Shown here: piece by piece, positions 1 to 9,368 of the stretch
Layout: every line of letters begins with the position of its first letter
Numbering within the stretch: position 1 is the first letter of the stretch
Assembly: GCA_965218395.1 (NCBI GenBank)
Contig: OZ244620.1
Coordinates: 1,342,930 to 1,406,929 of the forward strand
DNA length: 64,000 nucleotides
DNA from: an uncultured Candidatus Binatia bacterium
GTDB taxonomy: Bacteria; Desulfobacterota; Binatia; Bin18
Reading direction: 5' to 3'
The notes under the pieces: generated by a model
The model's database searches: none
Told to the model about the DNA's origin: nothing
What the model saw: only the letters and a program-made list of their open reading frames with translations
Program-made: the position numbers and the translations under genes

Positions 1-279
1 CTGACAAGCGCTCTCCGACCGCTGCCTCGATGTCATTCATCCTGACTTCCTACGGATATTCGTTCTCCGTGCTCCACTGTCGTGCTGCTTACCGATTGCG
101 AAAATGCGGGCGGTCAACTCGTCCAAGAGACCATAAGCGACCCGGATCGTGTTCTCAAGCTCTGTGTTATTGATGAGGAGGAGGCAAGCGCAGCATAGCG
201 GCGCTGCCGTACAGTCTTTTCTGTACGGTACGCAACCGTTACAGTGCAGTCCCATAGGGAATCACAAAAGGAGGCAGCA

Positions 280-1293
280 ATGAAATTCGGACTGATGCAT
301 GACTTTCGTAATCCCGCACCTTGGTTCCGGCCCTATTCCGATCTCTACCGGCTCTTGCTTGACCAGTGCGTGCGGGCCGATGAACTCGGCTATGACAATA
401 TCTGGCTGACCGAACACCACTTCAGCGGGGACTATAACCCCACGCCCTTACACGCCGCGACCGCCATTGCGGCGCGGACCGAACGCATCCGCATTGGCAC
501 CTTTGTGCTGCTGCTGCCTTTCTATCATCCCGTGCGTGTGGCCGAAGACGTGGCTTTCATTGACAACCTCTCCAAGGGACGGTTTGACCTCGGGGTAGGA
601 CAGGGCTATCGCGTCGATGAATTCTCCGGCTTTTGTATGCCCCGCAAAGAGCGTTCGGCCCGTCTGGCTGAGGGGCTCGACCTGCTCCGACGCCTGTGGA
701 CCGAGGAGACGGTTACGTTCGAGGGGAGGTTCACCCAGGTCAAAGAGGTGCATATCCAGCCCGAACCTGTGCAAAAACCCCATCCGCCTATCTGGATTGG
801 CGCGCGCACCGAAAAAGCCATGCAGCGAGCGGCCCGCGAGGGCTATCACCTGCACCTCACCCTTGGCCCGGACTGGGCTCCCCGCTACTATGAGCTGCTG
901 GAACAGCAGGGCCGCACGCCGGCTGACTTTTCGACCACCCAACTGCACTTCGTATATGTGGCACCGACTGAGGACGAGGCCTGGGAGGACATCCAGGACC
1001 AGGCCCACTGGATGATGCAGGTGTACGATGGCTGGTTTAAGACCAGCGGAGATGTCGCCGGCGACGAGCGGCTGTGGAACGTCAAAGAAGCACGCGACAT
1101 TCGCCACTCGTCCTATGGGCAGGCCTGGATGGTAGGCAGTCCGGACCAGGTGGCGCGCAAAGTCGAGGCGTTTGTCAAAACCTCATCCTGTACCCACTTA
1201 GTCATGGCTATGCAGGTCCCGGGGGTCGAGCCAGCCAAGGGTAGCCGCTCGATGGAACTGTTCGCGCAAGAGATCATGCCGGCATTCCGCTAA
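280..1293 (+). CDS. LLM class flavin-dependent oxidoreductase
   Basis: MKFG start, IWLTEHHF, HPVRVAED, GRFDLGVGQGY, PHPPIWIG, ELFAQEIMP; AAGGAGG RBS before ATG 280. Confidence 0.9.
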   Translation: MKFGLMHDFRNPAPWFRPYSDLYRLLLDQCVRADELGYDNIWLTEHHFSGDYNPTPLHAATAIAARTERIRIGTFVLLLPFYHPVRVAEDVAFIDNLSKGRFDLGVGQGYRVDEFSGFCMPRKERSARLAEGLDLLRRLWTEETVTFEGRFTQVKEVHIQPEPVQKPHPPIWIGARTEKAMQRAAREGYHLHLTLGPDWAPRYYELLEQQGRTPADFSTTQLHFVYVAPTEDEAWEDIQDQAHWMMQVYDGWFKTSGDVAGDERLWNVKEARDIRHSSYGQAWMVGSPDQVARKVEAFVKTSSCTHLVMAMQVPGVEPAKGSRSMELFAQEIMPAFR

Positions 1294-1342
1294 GGGCCAT
1301 ATTCCTCCTGGCGCAAGCCAAAGACGCGGGATGTTGATTCGG

Positions 1343-2620
1343 TTAGGCGGCGGCAGTGCGCAGTCGGGCCGCTCGTCTAACCTGTGGTTCCTTATGGAAC
1401 GCACCGTCCTTCATGATCATGAGGAGATTGTCCGGGTCCTGGAGTAGGCTGATATCCTCGACGGGATTGCCATCGACTAGGATCAGATCGGCCAGATAAC
1501 CCTCTTTGATCATTCCAAGCTGGTCACCGAAACACTCACCACCGGACTTGGTCGCCATCATGAGCGTTTCAGCTGGGCTGAATCCCATCAGATTCACAAA
1601 GTGTTCGAGGTCCCGAGCATCCGTACCAATCCGGTTCCAGGCAAAGCCATAGTCACCAAACGGCAAGACGCGCACCCCGCGTCTGTGTAGTTCTTGCGCG
1701 TTGTGTATGGCGCTTTCCAGTTCGTGCTCAAAGCCCCACGCTTCGGCCATAGCCCGAGTTACACCGTACTCTTCCATCTGGTTCAGCGTGGCATAACTGA
1801 GGCCGATGGCTGGATTGACGAAGTACTCGTCCTTGTTGGCTTCGAGTAAGTCGAGCGCTTCTTCGTCGCAAAAATTCGCGTGGTAGATGAGTGTGATGCC
1901 GTGCCGGATGCACATCTTGACAGATTCAGCCGTACGCGCATGCGCGATCACGCGCCGGTTGTGCGCGTGCGCCAGACTACAGCATGCCGCCACTTCGTCC
2001 TCCTGCATCACTGTCATTTGCGCGGTACCCGTTCGCACGAAGTTGTCCCCCGAAATCATTAGTTTAATAACGTCGACGCCCTCACGGATCATCAGCCGGG
2101 TATATTTCCGGATCTCTTCGGGGCCGTCGAGGACCTCCGCGAAACCTTCATGGTATATATGCAGCTGCCTCAAGTCGCCTAGCCCGCCGGTCACGGTGAG
2201 TTCTGGCGTGGCAGCTTGCATGCGTGGCCCCGGGATCTTGCCGGCATTAATCTCATTACGGATAACAATATCGAGTCTCGCCTTGGCAGAGGAGCCGTTC
2301 ACCAGGGCGGTGAAACCGTGATCGAGCATGGTCTTCACGTTATGCATGGTGATGAGCACATGCTCCTCCACGGGGATTTCGCCGGTCTCGTAGAGGTCTG
2401 CTCCCATGTTGGGATAGGTCGGGTGCCCGTGACAGTTGACCAAGCCTGGCATCAGTGTGGCGCCGTCACCGTTGACTAGTGTGGCACCGTCCCGAGCCAC
2501 GGTGTGAGCACCTGCAGCGATAGTCTTGATACGCGTATCCTGGACGAGGACCTCGCCCAAGTACGGCGCACTCCCACTTCCGTCGAGAATCATCACGTTG
2601 GTGAATACAGTATCCGACAT
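1343..2620 (-). CDS. Metal-dependent amidohydrolase (Xaa-Pro dipeptidase-like)
   Basis: MPGLVNCHGH (HxH), VIKLM, AHA, YHA, GDYG, ADLILVDGNP. Confidence 0.88.
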   Translation of the reverse strand: MSDTVFTNVMILDGSGSAPYLGEVLVQDTRIKTIAAGAHTVARDGATLVNGDGATLMPGLVNCHGHPTYPNMGADLYETGEIPVEEHVLITMHNVKTMLDHGFTALVNGSSAKARLDIVIRNEINAGKIPGPRMQAATPELTVTGGLGDLRQLHIYHEGFAEVLDGPEEIRKYTRLMIREGVDVIKLMISGDNFVRTGTAQMTVMQEDEVAACCSLAHAHNRRVIAHARTAESVKMCIRHGITLIYHANFCDEEALDLLEANKDEYFVNPAIGLSYATLNQMEEYGVTRAMAEAWGFEHELESAIHNAQELHRRGVRVLPFGDYGFAWNRIGTDARDLEHFVNLMGFSPAETLMMATKSGGECFGDQLGMIKEGYLADLILVDGNPVEDISLLQDPDNLLMIMKDGAFHKEPQVRRAARLRTAAA

Positions 2621-2837
2621 GGGCCTGCCCTCCTTCATGGTCGACAATGGTCGCCTTGGGCCACCAGACCAACTATCAACTATGCGCCATTATGCCATGG
2701 ATGCGTGCGTTCCAGAAGATGAAGGATTGAGGATCTTTACTTTACTCGCGAATGGCTTCTTCTTCTCGCTTGCCGGCTTGACATATCCCCCCCAATGGCA
2801 GGACAATCCAGGCTACAAAGACTAAAGGGAGGTCAGT

Positions 2838-3296
2838 ATGCTAGGAGCTGTCGCACATGTAGGGATTACCGTCCCGGATATGGAGAAAGCCATTGCCTTC
2901 TACCAGGATGTATTGGGGCTGACGGTGATTGGTGATTTTAGCATCGAGGGGGAAGAGATTAGCGATCTGGTCCAAGAGCCTGGGACCAAAGTGCGCTCGG
3001 TATTCCTGCGTAACGAAGACGACCGCCATAGCGCCCCGGTTGAACTCCTCCACTTCAGTGAATCTGCGGAGCAGGGTGGCCAGCCGTATGCGGGCGTCAC
3101 CCACAACGGGATTACGGAGATTGCCTTTTGGGTGAAAGACATTGAAAAGACCTATGAAGCGCTCCGGAACCAGGGCGTAGAGTTTTACTCGCGGCCCCAC
3201 ACCTTTACCCTCGACAACTATGGCACGGCGAAGGCGGTGTATTGCAAGGACCCGTTCGGCACGACCCTCGAACTGATGCAGATGGTCAAGGAGTAG
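2838..3296 (+). CDS. VOC/glyoxalase family protein
   Basis: HVGITVPDME..AIAFYQDVLG, VELL, DPFGTTLEL; GGAGG RBS. Confidence 0.88.
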   Translation: MLGAVAHVGITVPDMEKAIAFYQDVLGLTVIGDFSIEGEEISDLVQEPGTKVRSVFLRNEDDRHSAPVELLHFSESAEQGGQPYAGVTHNGITEIAFWVKDIEKTYEALRNQGVEFYSRPHTFTLDNYGTAKAVYCKDPFGTTLELMQMVKE

Positions 3297-3347
3297 CAGC
3301 AGTCAGTTGGATGAGAGGTCAGGTCCTGAACTGACCCCCTGGCGCGA

Positions 3348-3482
3348 CTAGAGCGATTTTCACTTGGGTTTACCACGCTTTTTCCCTCACCCCGAGTCAC
3401 TTCGCTCCTGTTTCCCCCTCCCACGGGGAGAGGGTTCTTCCTGATGGCCTCTCTCTACAAACGCAACTGTAGATTGCTCTAG
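3348..3482. mobile_element. 135-bp CTAG-bounded MITE-like element with CCCTCACCCC...GGGAGAGGG-type palindromic cargo
   Basis: Left end ctagagcgattttcacttgggttt vs reverse complement of right end ctagagcaatctacagttgcgttt (19/24 match); no ORF. Confidence 0.6.
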
Positions 3483-3624
3483 GACTGGGGGTCAGGTCTT
3501 GTATGTGTCCCCTCGCGAGAAACGACGCCCCCGGAAGATTGGACTGAATTAATCAAACACAGAGTTGACCCTGTAGCATGCGGGAGATACTGCCACCCTT
3601 AAAGTAAGCGTACAGAGGGACACG

Positions 3625-3807
3625 ATGAACCACCGACAAATCGTCGAGGCAAAGCTTTTAGAAGTGGGGATCAAACTCAGCAACGATGACCTTGAGCAGC
3701 TCGCTACGGCCTATGCCGCGTTGCTCGAATGGGAATCTGTCGTGCAGGGCATGGTGCGACCGGAGACAGAACCCGCCTTGATCTTTAAGGCAGCAGTGGA
3801 GGACTAA
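3625..3807 (+). CDS. Small AtzG/GatC-like putative amidase partner (60 aa)
   Basis: Ends 3 nt before the amidase; LSNDDLEQL..YA.L and C-terminal EPALIF; similar ORF at 32556-32759. Confidence 0.7.
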   Translation: MNHRQIVEAKLLEVGIKLSNDDLEQLATAYAALLEWESVVQGMVRPETEPALIFKAAVED

Positions 3808-3810
3808 ACA

Positions 3811-5211
3811 ATGGCACGCTCAAGCGCCGAATTCGCTTATATGTCGCTCGCAGAGGCCGCTGACCTCATCAAAAACGGTGAACTGTCCCCAGTTGAACTG
3901 GTCCAAGCCATGGTGGAACGCATTGCCGCGCTCGACTCGCAGGTCCACGCCTACGTCACAGTCTTTGCCGAAGAGGCGCTGGCTGCCGCTCAGGAGGCAG
4001 AAGAGCAAATCCGGGCTGGGGACTATCGAGGTCCGTTGCACGGCATTCCTCTGGCCGTCAAAGACATCTATGAAGCAGGTCGGACGACCGGAGGCTCAAA
4101 GTTACGTAGAGATTATACGGCTCAGCAGGACTGCACCTCCGTTGCGAAACTCAAGCAGGCCGGTGGGCTGCTGCTCGGGAAGTTGGCAACCTACGAGTTT
4201 GCCGCAGGAACGCCAACCCTGGCTTCGCATTTCCAGCCAGCCCGTAACCCCTGGAACCTTGAGATTGACCCAGGCGGATCGAGCAGCGGTTCAGGAGCGG
4301 CCCTGGCCGCCGGAATGATTTTCGGTGCCATGGGGAGTGATACGGGCGGCTCCATCCGCTGGCCTGCTTTCTGCTGTGGTATTGTCGGTATGAAGGCCAC
4401 CTACGGTCGGGTGAGCCGCACGGGCGTTTTCCCCCTGTCATGGAATCTCGATCACACCGGACCCATGACTCGAACCGTTCAAGATAGTGCGCTCATGCTC
4501 CAGGCTTGCGCTGGCTACGACCCCCTCGATCCGGCGTCTGCCAAGGTGCCAGTTCCCGATTTTAGTGAAAAGTTGGGCCGCGATATCAAAGGCCTGCGTC
4601 TCGGCATTCCGCGCACGCTCTTCCAAGACAACTGCGGGGAGGAGATCCTCGCCACGTTTAATGCGGCCGTGACACAAATGGAAACGCTTGGGGCTGAGAT
4701 CGTCGACGTGGAATCAATCACACTGGGCGAACTACAAGCAACATTCTGGCCGCTCACCTGTGCCGATGCTGCTGCGTATCATCTGGCCGACATGCAGACT
4801 CAGGCCGAGGACTACAACCAAGACCTGCGTCTCATCCTTGCGCTGGGCAATCTCGTGCGAGGGACGACCTATCTGCAATGTCAGAGAGTCCGAGAGCAAA
4901 TCCGTACTCAGCTGCTACAGCAATTGGAGACCGTTGACCTGTTCATGCTCCCCACTACTGGGGTGATGCCCGCCCCGATCCGGTCGGAGTCGCCCGGCCT
5001 GTATCTGATGGCCAAAGACTTCGCGATTTACACGCCGTTGTTCAACCTGACAGGCTTCCCCGCGCTTGCGCTACCCTGCGGCTTCAGCAGTACCGGGCTG
5101 CCCATTGGCTTCCAGCTAGCAGGTCGGCCGTTTGACGAGGCGACGGTTTTTCAGGTTGGGCATAGCTACGAGCAGTCAACACCGTGGCACACCCGCCATC
5201 CGTCGCTCTAA
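3811..5211 (+). CDS. Amidase signature family enzyme
   Basis: GPLHGIPLAVKD, GGSSSGS, GSDTGGSIR (Lys/cisSer/Ser triad). Confidence 0.93.
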   Translation: MARSSAEFAYMSLAEAADLIKNGELSPVELVQAMVERIAALDSQVHAYVTVFAEEALAAAQEAEEQIRAGDYRGPLHGIPLAVKDIYEAGRTTGGSKLRRDYTAQQDCTSVAKLKQAGGLLLGKLATYEFAAGTPTLASHFQPARNPWNLEIDPGGSSSGSGAALAAGMIFGAMGSDTGGSIRWPAFCCGIVGMKATYGRVSRTGVFPLSWNLDHTGPMTRTVQDSALMLQACAGYDPLDPASAKVPVPDFSEKLGRDIKGLRLGIPRTLFQDNCGEEILATFNAAVTQMETLGAEIVDVESITLGELQATFWPLTCADAAAYHLADMQTQAEDYNQDLRLILALGNLVRGTTYLQCQRVREQIRTQLLQQLETVDLFMLPTTGVMPAPIRSESPGLYLMAKDFAIYTPLFNLTGFPALALPCGFSSTGLPIGFQLAGRPFDEATVFQVGHSYEQSTPWHTRHPSL

Positions 5212-5212
5212 A

Positions 5213-5258
5213 CGAATACAAGATTCGCCCCTACGCACAGAATCGCCAATTGCTCTAG
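5213..5258. repeat. Partial element: GTAG-type REP half plus CTAG terminal repeat
   Basis: cgaatacaagattcgcccctac (reverse complement begins GTAGGGGCGAATC), then aattgctctag whose CTAG overlaps the TAG stop of the 5255-6328 gene. Confidence 0.5.
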
Positions 5259-6328
5259 CCGGTGGCGACGCAGTAGACCTGATCGGCATCGGCCGGCAGC
5301 GCCTGCGCATTCCAGGTCGCCCCGGCGTCGGCGCTGGTGAACACCTGGCCCTTTTTGCTGGCGCAGACCATGTGGTCAGTACGGCGTTGGTCGATGGACA
5401 TGGCGAACAGGGTGCTGTTGACCGCATGGCCGATATCCACCCGCTCCCAGCTCAGACCGCCGTCCTCGCTGTGGAACAGGCCGCCGACGTTGCTCTCAAA
5501 ATCTCCCCCGCCGGACAGCCACAGCTTGGTCGGAGCGCCCGGCACCTCGCGCAGGCAGCGGCAATAGGTGGTGCCATGATCGTTCAGTGGCTCGATGGGC
5601 ACGCGCTGCCAGTGGTCGCCCCGGTCGGTGCTGCGAAACATGCCGACGCGACAGATGGCCGTGACCGTTCCTGGGCTCAGACGGCTGGCCAGCACGCCGT
5701 GCATGTCCACGGTATCGTCGGTGAGGTATTGGCCGTGGCTGAGGTTCTGCCAGTGTTCCCCGCCGTCCAGAGACCGGAGCAGTCCCCCGACCTCCAGGGA
5801 GGCGTACAGTTCGTCCCGGTCGGCAACGCTGCCGGACATCATCAACACCCGCTTGGCCGGTATGCCCTGAGGAGGCATGGTCACATCCGGGAAGCGGACG
5901 CTCACCGGGAGCTGGCACCAGCTCTCTCCGGCGTCGTCGCTCCGATATATCTCCGCCGACTCGTAGCCGGCGAACATGACCTGCGGGTCGGCCGGGTGGA
6001 ATAATAACGACCACATGGGCAGACCGTGGTCGGGGACAGCCACCTTCTCCCAGTGGTCGCCGTGGTCATCGCTGCGGTACGGGCCGTCTTGGGTGGCGAC
6101 GTAGACCACCTCGGGCCGCTGAGGATGTATGGTGATAGCGCGGACCTCGGGTGCGTCCGGCAGCCCTTTTGTTATCGGCTGCCAGTCTCCCTGCCCGAAC
6201 ACACTCCGATACAAGCCGCTTTTGACCACCAGCTTGATGCCCATATGCTTTTCTACCCATTCGATGCCAGGGCTGGTATCACCGGCCAGACCGGCGAAGA
6301 CGTAAGAGTTGCTGTTATCCGTTGCCAT
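5255..6328 (-). CDS. BNR/Asp-box beta-propeller protein (Ycf48/sialidase-like)
   Basis: Repeated S-x-D-x-G-x-x-W boxes: RSDDHGDHW, RSDDAGESW, RSLDGGEHW, RSTDRGDHW, HSEDGGLSW, TSADAGATW. Confidence 0.85.
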   Translation of the reverse strand: MATDNSNSYVFAGLAGDTSPGIEWVEKHMGIKLVVKSGLYRSVFGQGDWQPITKGLPDAPEVRAITIHPQRPEVVYVATQDGPYRSDDHGDHWEKVAVPDHGLPMWSLLFHPADPQVMFAGYESAEIYRSDDAGESWCQLPVSVRFPDVTMPPQGIPAKRVLMMSGSVADRDELYASLEVGGLLRSLDGGEHWQNLSHGQYLTDDTVDMHGVLASRLSPGTVTAICRVGMFRSTDRGDHWQRVPIEPLNDHGTTYCRCLREVPGAPTKLWLSGGGDFESNVGGLFHSEDGGLSWERVDIGHAVNSTLFAMSIDQRRTDHMVCASKKGQVFTSADAGATWNAQALPADADQVYCVATG

Positions 6329-6341
6329 AGTCTCTTCCTCC

Positions 6342-7535
6342 TTATTTGAGCGGCGGCGCTATCTCGCCTGGGTCGAGCCCGAGTTCCAGGGTCCCGACGC
6401 TGGACAGACAATAGTCGCTGGGTGGAAACTGGACCGGACCAACGGCGCCGTCCCGGAACAGCCGCTCAAGCGGGACGGTCTTGAAGAGCGCATGGGCGCC
6501 GCCCAGCGTGAGCGCCGTCCGCGTGATCCGCGCCCCGGCCTCGCCGACCAGATACTTGGCGCGGAACAGCGCCGCCACGGTCTCCGGGGTCGGTCCCTGG
6601 GTGTCGCTGAGCCAGGCCGAATGATACGTCAGCAGCCGGGCGGCTTCCAGGTCCACGCTCATGTCGGCCACCCGCCGGCGCACGTCCGGATGGTAGGCCA
6701 TCGGCTGGGTATAGCCCCGCGGTATCCTTTCCCGGACCAACTCACGCACGGCGCTATAGGCCGCGGCGGCCACACCCAGATATACCGCCGTATATGAGGC
6801 CCACAGCCAGTTCGCCCCACTGCGGATGAACGGCAGGATATCGTCGGTCTGGTAGAGTACAGCGTCCTTAGACACGAAACAGTCTTCGAGAATGAGGGAG
6901 TCACTGCGCGTCGCCCGCATGCCGAGCGTATCCCATACCTCGTCGACGCGTCGTCCCGGTGCCTGGCGTGGAACCATCAGCAGGAGCGCCGCCCCCGGCT
7001 TATCGACCTCCTCGGGATGCGCCAACACCGCACAGAAGTCAGCCGCCTCCAACATGGAAGCAAACGCTTTTCTGCCCGTGATCCGGTAGCCGCCCGCAAC
7101 CTGCCGGGCGCGCGTAGCCGGTTGATAGGTAGCCAGCAGTCCGGACGTCCTCGGCTCGGAGAAGTTCCCGGCAATCAGCCTTTGGTCTTTGACGACCAGA
7201 TCGGCCAGGCGTTGCTTGGTGGACGACGGGACGATGGGACTTTCGAATAGGGGGCCGATAATCGAGAGATGCATATTGAACGAGAGGGCCGTGGCCGGAC
7301 AGCCCTGGGCGAGTTCCTCGGCCACCAGGGAGTAGTCGAGCAGCCCGACGCCCTCTCCGCCCATCTCTGTGGGAACGTTGAGGCTGTAGAATCCATCCCG
7401 GCGCAGGGCCGCATAGTTTTCCAGCGGATGGCTGGCTTCCCGATCGTGCGTCGCGGCTCGGGTGGCGAAGTCTGCTGCCAGCCGCCGGCTGCGTTGCTGG
7501 AGGCGGGTGCCTTCTTCGCTGATCTGAAAGTTCAT
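6342..7535 (-). CDS. Acyl-CoA dehydrogenase fold flavoenzyme (possibly monooxygenase-type)
   Basis: ITGRKAFAS, WDTLGMRATRSD, LERLFRD motifs. Confidence 0.85.
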   Translation of the reverse strand: MNFQISEEGTRLQQRSRRLAADFATRAATHDREASHPLENYAALRRDGFYSLNVPTEMGGEGVGLLDYSLVAEELAQGCPATALSFNMHLSIIGPLFESPIVPSSTKQRLADLVVKDQRLIAGNFSEPRTSGLLATYQPATRARQVAGGYRITGRKAFASMLEAADFCAVLAHPEEVDKPGAALLLMVPRQAPGRRVDEVWDTLGMRATRSDSLILEDCFVSKDAVLYQTDDILPFIRSGANWLWASYTAVYLGVAAAAYSAVRELVRERIPRGYTQPMAYHPDVRRRVADMSVDLEAARLLTYHSAWLSDTQGPTPETVAALFRAKYLVGEAGARITRTALTLGGAHALFKTVPLERLFRDGAVGPVQFPPSDYCLSSVGTLELGLDPGEIAPPLK

Positions 7536-7769
7536 GACCGCCCTCCTTACGCTCAGATACGAGGTCAGGCTGTCCAGAATCGGAGAGGAAACCTAGAGCA
7601 TACGGCTTTATCCCCCCTCACAAGCCTGCCTGTCAACCCAACGGCCCCCGAGCAGGAGAAATTATTCAACCGCAAGGCGACGCTAACAGCGTGGCGTCCA
7701 TTGTATTCCCTTCTGAGATGGAGCAGGATGGCGCCATATCCAAGGCTCGCACGTCAGACGAGGGATACG

Positions 7770-9005
7770 ATGCAAGACAGTGGACACACACACGTCAACG
7801 GCAAACGCTGGACGCTCGACCATCCGGAGCTGGGAACCGGGTCCTTACCCGTCACGCCTTACCTCTCTGCCGAGTATTTTGAGCGGGAGCGTGAGAAAAT
7901 TTTCAGCCGTACCTGGCTGAGTACGGGCAGGAAAGTCGAAGAAATTCCGCAGCCGGGCGACTATCTGGTGCTGGATATTGCGGTCGGCAAGACCTCGGTC
8001 CTGCTCGTTCGGGGCAAGGACGGGACGGTGCGCGGGTTTCACAATGTGTGCAAACATCGCGGCAATCGACTGGCCTGGAACGACCGTGGCGCCTGCGGGT
8101 CCGGGTTGACCTGCCGATTCCACGGCTGGACCTATGCCTCGGACGGCCGTCTTATAGGAGTGCCGGAAGAAGACATGTTCTTCGACTTTGACAAACGGGA
8201 CTACGGTCTGAGCCCGGTCGCCACGGATGTCTGGGAGGGGTTTATCTTTATCAATCTCGACTCCGACCCGCCGGAAACGCTGCATCAGTATCTGGGTGAG
8301 GTGGTTGACCTGCTGCGCGGCTATGCGTTTGACCGCTTGCCGCTGAGCTGGTCGTATACGGCCGAGCAGAAATGTAACTGGCGGATTCTGCGCGACTCGC
8401 AACTCGAATTCTATCATGGCAAGGCGCTGCACCAGCAGTTCGCCGGCAAGGTGATGATTAATAAGCAGCAACCATCCTGCCACGTCCTTGATGCCAAACT
8501 CTTTCGCCGCCACAGCATGATGTCGTTTTACGGCGATCGCCGGAATACCCAACGCACGCCCATGGAGCTGTTGATGGCCCAATTCGGGGCCAGCTTCAAA
8601 ACCTTTCCCGGTATGCGGGACATGGACCGCTGGCCCCTAGGGGTCAACCCCACGCGCAGCAGACAGTGGTTCTTTGATATTTATTACATCTTTCCGAATT
8701 TTCACCTGGTAATTCTGAGCCCCTTTCTGTTTGTCGCCCATACCATGTTGCCGGAGGCGGTGAATCGCTCGACCTGGAACGCGCGGGGCTATTTCCCGCA
8801 GCCCGCGAACGCCGCCGAGTTGGTGACCCGCGAATATAATAAATGCCTGGCGCGGGACGTGTGGCTGGAAGACGGCAGCACCCTGGAAAACACCCAGCGC
8901 GGGATCGAGTCGGGCGTCCTGAGCCACTATCCGGTGCAGGACCAGGAGTTGCTGATCCGCCACGCCCACAAGGTGGCGGAAGAGCTGCTCACCGGCGACG
9001 CATAA
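7770..9005 (+). CDS. Rieske non-heme iron oxygenase alpha subunit
   Basis: CKHRGN...CRFHGW Rieske motif; EFYHGKALH and LED mononuclear Fe ligands; ATG 7770 after GAGGG. Confidence 0.92.
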   Translation: MQDSGHTHVNGKRWTLDHPELGTGSLPVTPYLSAEYFEREREKIFSRTWLSTGRKVEEIPQPGDYLVLDIAVGKTSVLLVRGKDGTVRGFHNVCKHRGNRLAWNDRGACGSGLTCRFHGWTYASDGRLIGVPEEDMFFDFDKRDYGLSPVATDVWEGFIFINLDSDPPETLHQYLGEVVDLLRGYAFDRLPLSWSYTAEQKCNWRILRDSQLEFYHGKALHQQFAGKVMINKQQPSCHVLDAKLFRRHSMMSFYGDRRNTQRTPMELLMAQFGASFKTFPGMRDMDRWPLGVNPTRSRQWFFDIYYIFPNFHLVILSPFLFVAHTMLPEAVNRSTWNARGYFPQPANAAELVTREYNKCLARDVWLEDGSTLENTQRGIESGVLSHYPVQDQELLIRHAHKVAEELLTGDA

Positions 9006-9016
9006 GCGAGGGAAGC

Positions 9017-9367
9017 ATGTCCGATACGCGCCTGCCCGAGCCGTTCACCGACCTTGAGCCGCTGGCTGCGGTCTGGGCGCTGGCGACCGAAACCGAGCGC
9101 AACCAGCAGCGCCTCAGCAGCACCATGGCCCAGATTCAGGCCTTGTACGACACCCTGCTGCCCCGCATGGAGGCCGTCCTCACCTACCTGAGTACATTCC
9201 CGCCGGAGCCGCCTGACGCGCTGCCCCAAGAGGCCCGGCGGCTCTTATACCTGGCTCTGGCGATGGCCGAAATCACAACCGCCGTGGAGCTTCATCAGCA
9301 GCCAAGTGTGCCCGCCGGCTTCGAGCCGCGTCGCTTTATTCCCGACCACGAGCGAACGGAACGATAA
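9017..9367 (+). CDS. Conserved small protein coupled to Rieske oxygenase (116 aa)
   Basis: LPEPFTDLEP..WALATETER..RLSSTM..YD..PRME; paralog at 32893-33237. Confidence 0.8.
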   Translation: MSDTRLPEPFTDLEPLAAVWALATETERNQQRLSSTMAQIQALYDTLLPRMEAVLTYLSTFPPEPPDALPQEARRLLYLALAMAEITTAVELHQQPSVPAGFEPRRFIPDHERTER

Positions 9368-9368
9368 C

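Noticed and set aside
1-255. Possible gene end at the window start
   Set aside because: No frame gives a recognisable protein.
3811-5211. Calling the amidases gatA and the small ORFs gatC
   Set aside because: No gatB nearby, several paralogs and a catabolic context.
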